A DNA stretch of 64,000 nt from an uncultured bacterium (GCA_903872035.1 CAIQIZ010000009.1:7299-71298), one strand, 5' to 3'; shown: positions 57,135-63,999, counted from the stretch's first letter. The notes: generated by a model not told the origin, from the letters alone. Numbers and translations are program-made.

Positions 57135-57817
57135 TGAATTACCTTTCCTGGAATCAACACGCTATCACCGACTTCTCGCCTAAAGCGGTGAATGAAATGT
57201 ATGAGAAGGGATACGTTTTCACACGGCTCGGTCGTGGTGTGATGCAGCAGACCAGATCGGTTCGTGTTGATCTGAGCAAGTTTGCGCTTTCAAGCGAAAA
57301 TAGACGTATCTTGAAGAAAGTCCCAAACGTCTCACTTCAGTCAACTAAAGTGCCTATCGTCGACTATAGCTACCCCCTCGGCAAACTAGCCAAGGATTTC
57401 TATGACACAAAGTTCGGTCCAGGAATCATGAGTGCACAAAAGATCAAGGAGATGCTCACCGACCCTTCCAAGAGCAATTTTAATTGTTTACTAAAATTCG
57501 CCCCCGCCGACAGATCAACAACTCATGGTTACACCATCTGTTATGAGAATGAATCATTACTGCACTACTCTTATCCATTTTACGATTTAAAAGAATCTTC
57601 CAAAGATATGGGACTTGGCATGATGATAAGAGCCATCGAATGGGCTAAAGCCGAAGGTAAGAAATTCGTATACCTCGGTTCGCTCCAACGGCCATCCGAC
57701 ACTTACAAGTTGCAATTCGAAGGCCTCGAATGGTTCGATGGTGGCCCAAACGGAACTGGCGCCTGGAAGACCGATTTTGAAGAAGCGAAGAAAATCCTCT
57801 CCAAGCCGACTTTATGA
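57134..57817 (+). CDS. ATE/Bpt-like aminoacyl-tRNA-dependent transferase (GNAT fold)
   Basis: RSVRVDLSKF..SSENRRILKK and YPFYD...MGLGMMIRAIEWAK..GKKFVYLG...YKLQF resemble ATE_N/ATE_C; TAATG overlap with mraY. Confidence 0.72.
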   Translation: MNYLSWNQHAITDFSPKAVNEMYEKGYVFTRLGRGVMQQTRSVRVDLSKFALSSENRRILKKVPNVSLQSTKVPIVDYSYPLGKLAKDFYDTKFGPGIMSAQKIKEMLTDPSKSNFNCLLKFAPADRSTTHGYTICYENESLLHYSYPFYDLKESSKDMGLGMMIRAIEWAKAEGKKFVYLGSLQRPSDTYKLQFEGLEWFDGGPNGTGAWKTDFEEAKKILSKPTL

Positions 57818-57853
57818 ACTTTCTAACTTGTAACTTTCAAACTTTATGAACTT
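57809..57853 (+). repeat. Degenerate 7-9-nt tandem array (ACTTTATGA/ACTTTCTA/ACTTGTA)
   Basis: Five units spanning the stop at 57817 and the start at 57846. Confidence 0.8.
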
Positions 57854-59291
57854 ACCTGAACGAATCCATGTAATCGGCATCTGCGGCGTAGCCATGAGCG
57901 CGCTGACTGTCGCCTTCCACAAGCGTGGCGTCAAAGTAACTGGCAGCGACAAAGGATTCTTTCCGCCGATCTCGACCGAGCTTGAGAAACAAGGTGTCCC
58001 CTTTTACGCCGGTTGGCACCCAGAGAAAATGATCGAAGGTGGCAAGCCTGATCTCATCATCGTCGGCACTGCTTCCGGTACGCAAAATCCCGAGACCGCT
58101 TACGCTAAAGAAAACAATATCCCCTGCTTTTCATACCCCGAGATCATCGGTAAATATTTCGTCAAAGAGCATTCCGTTGTGTGTGCCGGGACTTGGGGAA
58201 AGACATCTTCTTCGGCACTTCTTTCCTTCATTCTCGAACAGGCCGGTTTTGATCCATCATACATGTTCGGTGGAGTATCTCTTTCCCACGGATCAGCCGC
58301 CAAGCTGACCGATTCATCTTGGAGCGTTTTTGAGGGCGACGAATACAAGAGTTCGCCCAGCGATTCTCGAGCGAAATTTTTCCATTACAAGCCTACGGAA
58401 TTGTTATTGACTGCCGTCTCCTGGGACCACGCCGATCTGTATCCGACTGAGGCTGAGTATTTCGATGCTTTCAAAAAGTTGCTAGTTGAGATGCCCTCTA
58501 CGGGATCGGTCGTCGCATGCGCAGATAACGAGGGGGTCATGAAGATCATCGATTCGTTTAAGGGCAAAGTGGTGCTTTACGGTCGCGCGCGACCAACTAC
58601 AGAGTTCAGACCTATACAAGGTGCAGAGGTTAAACCTCTGCAGTACACCTACAAGAATGTCTCTCAATCGAATCAGGGATTGAAATTGACCATAATCCAT
58701 GACGGACAAGAATTTCAAATCGAGTCGCCCATGCTCGGCTTATTCCAAGTCGAGAACATTACCGGCTGTTTTGCCATGGCTAGTGAATTGGGAGTCGAGC
58801 CAAAGAAGATCATCGAGGCAATTTCTAAATTCAAAGGCCTAAAAAGAAGGATGGAAAAGAGGCTCGACGGTGGCGGCATCACCGTCATAGACGACATTGC
58901 TCATTCACCGGAAAAAGCTTCGGCTGTCTTGAATACTTTGCGATCAATCTACGATGGCAAGATAATCGCAGTCTTCGAACCTAATAGCGGCGGACGAGAA
59001 CGTGGTGCAGCCACAAAATACGACAATGCTTTCAGGGACGCAGATACAGTGATCATCCCAAGGCTAACAAAACTTAAAATCGCAGAAAATGAATCAGACC
59101 CACCCATTGAAGGTGCCGAATTGGCAACAATCATCAGCGACGCGCACCCTGATTCACTCTATATGGAAGACGACGCTGAACTGATAAAGTTCTTGGTTTC
59201 AGATACAAAAAAAGGCGATGTCATCGCTTTCCTCGGGTCGCATGGATTCAGAGGGATGATTGAGGAAACAGTTAGAAAGTTAACAAGTTAG
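57846..59291 (+). CDS. mpl: Mur ligase, Mpl/MurC-like (closest to murein peptide ligase)
   Basis: IHVIGICG, FPPISTELE, AGTWGKT, EGDEY...RAKFFHYKP, DHAD, DDIAHSP, FEP. Confidence 0.72.
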   Translation: MNLPERIHVIGICGVAMSALTVAFHKRGVKVTGSDKGFFPPISTELEKQGVPFYAGWHPEKMIEGGKPDLIIVGTASGTQNPETAYAKENNIPCFSYPEIIGKYFVKEHSVVCAGTWGKTSSSALLSFILEQAGFDPSYMFGGVSLSHGSAAKLTDSSWSVFEGDEYKSSPSDSRAKFFHYKPTELLLTAVSWDHADLYPTEAEYFDAFKKLLVEMPSTGSVVACADNEGVMKIIDSFKGKVVLYGRARPTTEFRPIQGAEVKPLQYTYKNVSQSNQGLKLTIIHDGQEFQIESPMLGLFQVENITGCFAMASELGVEPKKIIEAISKFKGLKRRMEKRLDGGGITVIDDIAHSPEKASAVLNTLRSIYDGKIIAVFEPNSGGRERGAATKYDNAFRDADTVIIPRLTKLKIAENESDPPIEGAELATIISDAHPDSLYMEDDAELIKFLVSDTKKGDVIAFLGSHGFRGMIEETVRKLTS

Positions 59292-59347
59292 AAAGTTCAT
59301 AAAGTCCACAAGACTCAACTTTCTAACTTTATGAACTTGTAACTTTT
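59270..59347. repeat. Inverted pair of AGTTAGAA / ACTTTCTA-type arrays
   Basis: Same units as 57809-57853, in both orientations, between convergent stops. Confidence 0.8.
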
Positions 59348-59349
59348 CA

Positions 59350-59544
59350 CTATTTCCCTTCGTCCACAATAACAGTCTTGATATTCCCGTTGGCTATTTC
59401 CTTGACCAAAAGAGTCATGCCACAATGGTTGCATTCGATGACCATCCCTGGCGCTATATTCGGATACCTTCCAAGATCTATGGTATTTTTGCACTCCGGA
59501 CAAACACAGAGTGAATTTGATGATTCTGTTCTTTCGCTGATCAT
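59350..59544 (-). CDS. LysW-like zinc-ribbon carrier protein
   Basis: CPEC...G.VIECNHCG..L.V pattern, 64 aa; ends IVDEGK rather than EDWGE. Confidence 0.72.
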   Translation of the reverse strand: MISERTESSNSLCVCPECKNTIDLGRYPNIAPGMVIECNHCGMTLLVKEIANGNIKTVIVDEGK

Positions 59545-59580
59545 CTTTTAATACTACCTAAAATAAGTTAGGATGACAAC

Positions 59581-60501
59581 ATGTCACTTCAAATGATTAC
59601 CCCCCAAGAACCATTCCCAGCCCTTGCTAAGGCTGTTGGTTTGACGGATATCTATCTAAAACGCGAGGACTTGCATACTTACGGCTCTCATAAAGGCCGG
59701 TCAATTCCAGTCATGATCGACCATTACTTGAAAGAAGGATCGAAGAATTTTGCCATATCTTCGTCAGGAAATGCCGCTTTAGCTGCTGCTTTGTACGTGA
59801 AGGAATTGAACGGCTGCCCGTCAAAAGAATTGCCTGCTTCAGATTCGCCGCTTCATTTAGATATTTTCGTCGGCATCCATTTGGCACCAAATAAGTTAGC
59901 CAAGCTGAAGAAACTTGAGGATGAACATATCCGAGTCCTTACCAAAGAACGTCCTCTACAAGCCTTAATGGCGGCTGCCAATGAAGGTTCTACAAGCCTA
60001 CGTCAATCAACCGACGATATCGCTTTGATCGGCTATAAGAGCTTGGCCGAAGAATTGGCGACGATACCCAAGCTAGCAGCAATATTCATCGGCACATCTT
60101 CAGGCACAACCGCCCAAGCTTTGGCGCAATATTTCATGGATGCAAAGGTGAGCAAAATGAGGACGCCTGTCCAGGTTCACGTAGTACAAACTTCTTCATG
60201 TCACCCACTATCTGATGCTTTTGAAACGTATGATGGCGAAGATGAACAATCCATCGCCAATGCCATCGTGGATAAAACTGTCCATCGTAAAGCCGCCCTA
60301 GTACCTCTAATAAAAAAGACTGGCGGATACGGATGGTTCGCGACCAACGACAAGATTCGTGCCGCCCAAGCTTTGGTCAGGGAGCATGCCGGGTTGGAGA
60401 TCTCAACGAATAGTGCCCTCTCGGTAGTCGGTGCTATGGAATCCGCCTATCGCACTTGGACCATTGATGGAGCGGCGGTGTGTGTGGTTTGCGGCGACTA
60501 A
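59581..60501 (+). CDS. Fold-type II PLP-dependent enzyme (threonine/cysteine synthase-like)
   Basis: LKRED...GSHKGR, SSSGNAALA, GYKSLAEEL, GTSSGTT. Confidence 0.85.
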   Translation: MSLQMITPQEPFPALAKAVGLTDIYLKREDLHTYGSHKGRSIPVMIDHYLKEGSKNFAISSSGNAALAAALYVKELNGCPSKELPASDSPLHLDIFVGIHLAPNKLAKLKKLEDEHIRVLTKERPLQALMAAANEGSTSLRQSTDDIALIGYKSLAEELATIPKLAAIFIGTSSGTTAQALAQYFMDAKVSKMRTPVQVHVVQTSSCHPLSDAFETYDGEDEQSIANAIVDKTVHRKAALVPLIKKTGGYGWFATNDKIRAAQALVREHAGLEISTNSALSVVGAMESAYRTWTIDGAAVCVVCGD

Positions 60502-60507
60502 GGTTCA

Positions 60508-60535
60508 GGAGCAAGGAGGAATCAGGAAGGAGCAA
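60508..60535 (+). repeat. Degenerate GGAGGAA heptamer array (4 units)
   Basis: GGAGCAA GGAGGAA TCAGGAA GGAGCAA. Confidence 0.75.
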
Positions 60536-60539
60536 GATA

Positions 60540-60902
60540 TTACAGACGTTTTCTGGTTGAACGAATCAGACCAAGAAGCAGACCTTGAATATTTTGCATT
60601 TCAGTAAAGATCGTTTGGCAAGTCTCCTTCGAAAGATACTTCAAATCTGAAGCTATGAACATGTGACTTTGAGATTCGATAAGAGAGCCATACGCCTGAT
60701 TGTAAAAATTCAACTTTTCTTTTATGGATATTCGTCCAAAGCCTTCTGCGATATTTGCGGCAATAGAAACAACAGCTCTACGCATTTGAGAAGTCAACCC
60801 GAATAATTCTTCTTTGGGAAATCTTTTTGTGCATTCATAAATCAACAAGGTTGTTTTCCTTGCTTTTTTCCAGACATCAAGATCGTAGAAATTCTTAATC
60901 AT
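60540..60902 (-). CDS. Four helix bundle protein (23S rRNA IVP / TIGR02436-like)
   Basis: FYDLDVWKKA, FPKEELFGLTSQMRRAVVSIAANIAEGFGR, AYGSLIE. Confidence 0.93.
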   Translation of the reverse strand: MIKNFYDLDVWKKARKTTLLIYECTKRFPKEELFGLTSQMRRAVVSIAANIAEGFGRISIKEKLNFYNQAYGSLIESQSHMFIASDLKYLSKETCQTIFTEMQNIQGLLLGLIRSTRKRL

Positions 60903-60906
60903 ATTA

Positions 60907-60955
60907 TTCCTCCTTCCTCCTTCCTCCTTCCTCCTTCCTCCTTCCTCCTTCCTCC
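60907..60955 (+). repeat. Perfect heptamer tandem repeat (TTCCTCC)x7
   Basis: Seven exact units between the murD-like stop and the four-helix start. Confidence 0.95.
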
Positions 60956-60960
60956 TTGCC

Positions 60961-62298
60961 CTAAAGCCCCCTGACCGCCTTCACGAACCTCTCGCTTCTT
61001 TCTTTGCGCGAGGCATCTATTCCGGCCGCTTCAAAACCTGGACTAAATACCACCTTATCGCCTTTCTTGGCACGCTCAAAAGCCAACTGGGTAGCTTCTT
61101 CTATCGAACGAGCCGAAATGATTTCTAGGTCTTCGATCTGATTAAGCACTTGCCGCTCACGCAGAGTTCCACTGCCGGGCACCAAGACAACCGCCCGGAC
61201 ATATTGTGGTAATAGCGAATACAAAGAACGGTAATCTGACATGGTCTGAGCGCCGCCGAATATGAGCACCGTGCTTTTTTCTGATCCAGCAACTGATTGC
61301 AATGCGACCAGAGTCGACGACGAGTTCAACGAGGCCGCATCATTGTAGAAATCGACATTCTTGAATTTCTTGACCAGTTCCAGACGTCCATGCAGAGGCT
61401 TCCAGCTTTGGAGGATACGCCTAGATACTTCCTCGTCGACTTTGAACAGTTGCGCCGCTTGCAGGGCTAATGCCGCATTATCGCGATCATGCCGACGTGT
61501 TCCCGTATGAGAGATATTCTTCAATTCCCAATCAGTCGGAATGATAGTTGGCTTGGTCCGCAACATCTTGCCTCGCGGCAATTCCTTGTACCTTCGAGTG
61601 GCGTCAATGACCTCATCAGAAGCGATGATGAAATTGTTAAAGGTTTGATAAGCCAGGATCTCGAAGGGCGACTCGTCATACGAACCTTTGGCAGGGATAG
61701 TAGTGAATACAGCTACTTGCGGACTGATCCGGAGCGCATAGAGCTCACGCATGATCGGATCGACCACGCGCATGAGGACGAGGTCTCCGCTTTTGACTTT
61801 CTTCAAATGGGCCAGGATGCCCTCATCCGATTCTGGGTCGATGACAAAGAAGCCTTGGCCTTTCTCGGCTTTGCAGGCCGCCCGGAGCATGGGTTCCAAC
61901 ATGGAGATGACAGTAGTCTTGCCGCATTCGCCCATGACTCCGACCACGGTGACTGGCGGCGCTCGCCTAAAGAAGAGCGTCTCTGGATATTCGATGGGAA
62001 CTTTTTTTTCTTTAGCACCCTTCAAAAAGCTCGATTCGCGAGGATATTCATGCGAGAGAACTATGAGATCCATGTCCAGAAGGTCGTCTTCTGGAATCGA
62101 GCCGCAGACATAATTGGCCAAACCGACATTGCGGAGATTGACTAGATGGTTCTTGAGACGAGCCTCGCTCTTCAAATCATATATACCGACCAAGGCCCCA
62201 GCTTTGATGAGGAATGAGACATCCTCCACCATCTCGCCGTTTGGGCCAAGGCCAATGACCGCAATGCGCTTGCCTTTGAAATAGTCGCGAGAAGTCAT
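60961..62298 (-). CDS. murD: Divergent MurD-like ligase
   Basis: GKRIAVIGLG, GVMGECGKTT, GRLELV, FYNDAAS, IFGG, GDKVVFSPG; several canonical residues replaced. Confidence 0.6.
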   Translation of the reverse strand: MTSRDYFKGKRIAVIGLGPNGEMVEDVSFLIKAGALVGIYDLKSEARLKNHLVNLRNVGLANYVCGSIPEDDLLDMDLIVLSHEYPRESSFLKGAKEKKVPIEYPETLFFRRAPPVTVVGVMGECGKTTVISMLEPMLRAACKAEKGQGFFVIDPESDEGILAHLKKVKSGDLVLMRVVDPIMRELYALRISPQVAVFTTIPAKGSYDESPFEILAYQTFNNFIIASDEVIDATRRYKELPRGKMLRTKPTIIPTDWELKNISHTGTRRHDRDNAALALQAAQLFKVDEEVSRRILQSWKPLHGRLELVKKFKNVDFYNDAASLNSSSTLVALQSVAGSEKSTVLIFGGAQTMSDYRSLYSLLPQYVRAVVLVPGSGTLRERQVLNQIEDLEIISARSIEEATQLAFERAKKGDKVVFSPGFEAAGIDASRKERSERFVKAVRGL

Positions 62299-62312
62299 AG
62301 CGTCAGTATAGA

Positions 62313-62675
62313 TTAATGTCTCTTTGTCATCAATCTCTTGACCTTGATCATTTCCTGAAGCATAGCCTGAAGCGTGACGGAATCGCCGGCTGAAGTTTCC
62401 GACTCGACAACGAAGTAGGACAGCTTCTTCATGAATATGCCATACAAGTCATGGAAGTATTGCTCCAAGACTTTCTCCTGATGCATTTCATCTTCTGCAG
62501 AAGCTTCATCTTTCGATCCGTTTTTCTGACCAGCTTCTGGACCTTTACCTTTTGAAGAAGGGCCGTCCAAGAAGCGGAGCAATTCCATGGGACGTTTGAG
62601 TCCCTCATACGATAAGGTGGCATCGTTCAAAACACCATCCAAAGATGGCGAAACGAGCCTGTAATCTCGGATCAT
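62313..62675 (-). CDS. Hypothetical protein
   Basis: 120-aa ORF co-oriented between radC and murD-like. Confidence 0.55.
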   Translation of the reverse strand: MIRDYRLVSPSLDGVLNDATLSYEGLKRPMELLRFLDGPSSKGKGPEAGQKNGSKDEASAEDEMHQEKVLEQYFHDLYGIFMKKLSYFVVESETSAGDSVTLQAMLQEMIKVKRLMTKRH

Positions 62676-62683
62676 TTTAGTTG

Positions 62684-62763
62684 GGAGGAAGGAGTAAGGA
62701 GGAAGAAGGAAGGAGAATCACAGTGTGGTTCCTCCTTTCTTCTCGCTCCGTCCTCCTTGCTCC
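62684..62763. repeat. Inverted heptamer arrays (GGAGGAA-like x5 / TTCCTCC-like x5) with no gene between
   Basis: GGAGGAA GGAGTAA GGAGGAA GAAGGAA GGAGAAT-cacagtgtgg-TTCCTCC TTTCTTC TCGCTCC GTCCTCC TTGCTCC. Confidence 0.85.
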
Positions 62764-63534
62764 TTATGAATAATTAACTGGTACGCTTACGAACCCATCT
62801 TTTGTGATGATGACATGATCTAACAAGTGGATGCCCAGGATCTTCCCCGCCTGGACAAGCCGTTCGGTAATTCTAACATCTTCGTCGCTAGCCGCAAGGT
62901 TCCCTGAAGGGTGATTGTGGGCCAAAATAACAGCTACTGCGCTGGATTCCAATCCGACTCGAAAGACTTCCTTTGGTTCGACGATATTGGAATCGACGCT
63001 GCCTATGGAGATCACTTCGTTTCTGATGACTCTATTTTGGCTATTCAAGAACAATGCGCGCAAATATTCTTTTGGCAGATTGCGCATATCGGTCAGGTGT
63101 TCGAAAACGTCTTTGGCATTCCTGATGACAGTGAATCCGTAGTCGTGTCGATCATATATACGCCTTCCCATCTCGCCGACAGCCACGATCTGGCAAGCTT
63201 TGACTATCGGGATGTTCGACTCCTCGGAAAGTCGAGTAGCATCGCGCTCGAAGAGGACGCTTTTTTCACCATAGTTATGGATGACGCGCTCGGCCATCTC
63301 CAAAACATCTTCCTTGACGGTACCGGTAGTAAATACGAGTGCCAGCAATTCCTGTAGAGTCAGAGCCTCTGGACCTGAAGCTAAAAGCTTTTCTCGAGGC
63401 TTCTTTTCCGACGGGAGGTCGCGAATAAGCGACGGATATTCTCTAGTCGCCTGATTGGCCGCGCCAGCCGCATTTTTCGGCTTGTGGCTCAAAATGAAGG
63501 GTTCGCTATGAATGATGTAATTTGTGGTTGGCAT
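62764..63534 (-). CDS. radC: RadC family JAB-domain protein
   Basis: KPREKLL..G..AL..QELLA, AHNHPSG...S.ED...T, LLDHVII. Confidence 0.95.
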   Translation of the reverse strand: MPTTNYIIHSEPFILSHKPKNAAGAANQATREYPSLIRDLPSEKKPREKLLASGPEALTLQELLALVFTTGTVKEDVLEMAERVIHNYGEKSVLFERDATRLSEESNIPIVKACQIVAVGEMGRRIYDRHDYGFTVIRNAKDVFEHLTDMRNLPKEYLRALFLNSQNRVIRNEVISIGSVDSNIVEPKEVFRVGLESSAVAVILAHNHPSGNLAASDEDVRITERLVQAGKILGIHLLDHVIITKDGFVSVPVNYS

Positions 63535-63570
63535 GGGGTAATTGTAGCATAAGGAAGCGGGTCAATTACA

Positions 63571-63726
63571 AGCCTGCTTAGGAAAGTGCTCGAGCGATTC
63601 TCGGACTGTCTGAGCGCGTTGAAATTTCTTGGTAAAATGTGAACCACTTTGACCTCGTGAACATTTTACCTAGAAATTTCACGAGCGAGTTTCCGAGAAG
63701 AGAGAGAGGACTTTCCTAAGCAGGCT
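63571..63726. mobile_element. MITE-like 156-bp palindromic element with 9-bp target-site duplication
   Basis: 17-bp TIRs AGCCTGCTTAGGAAAGT/ACTTTCCTAAGCAGGCT flanked by TCAATTACA at 63562-63570 and 63727-63735. Confidence 0.85.
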
Positions 63727-63757
63727 TCAATTACAATATCTCCTAGATATCAGACAT

Positions 63758-63791
63758 AAAAAAACAGCGCAATCAGCCTATGCTAATTGCG
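63758..63791 (-). terminator. Intrinsic terminator
   Basis: CGCAATTAGC-ATAG-GCTGATTGCG, CTG, T7 on minus strand. Confidence 0.7.
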
Positions 63792-63816
63792 TGTTGTGTC
63801 TCAAGAATTCGGGAGG

Positions 63817-63999
63817 CTACTCCTCCAACAGGCACTTGAGCGCCTTATCCCACCGCTTGCCGATGTTGTTGAAGAACAGAACCTTCTGTCCATTAACATT
63901 GGCACGGTGGATGTGGTCGAACATGGCCGAGACCCAGCCCTCATGGTGATTACCATCGGTCACGACCGCCACAGGCATTCCCAGCTCGGTCATCTCAAA
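63817..63999 (-). CDS. 3' end of a hypothetical protein (partial)
   Basis: Open frame ...VAVVTDGNHHEGWVSAMFD...WDKALKCLLEE* followed by a terminator. Confidence 0.6.
   Translation of the reverse strand, partial: FEMTELGMPVAVVTDGNHHEGWVSAMFDHIHRANVNGQKVLFFNNIGKRWDKALKCLLEE

Noticed and set aside
59350-59544. A LysW-type lysine/arginine biosynthesis operon
   Set aside because: No kinase, reductase or aminotransferase genes, and the carrier lacks the terminal Glu.
60540-60902. Four-helix protein as Avd of a diversity-generating retroelement, or as an rRNA intervening sequence
   Set aside because: No reverse transcriptase, no TR/VR pair with adenine-specific differences and no rRNA sequence in the window.
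60907-60955. Tandem arrays as CRISPR
   Set aside because: 7-nt units with no spacers and no cas genes.
62764-63534. radC as a marker of a mobile element
   Set aside because: Full-length form with the N-terminal PREKL domain, typical of chromosomal copies; no MGE genes adjacent.
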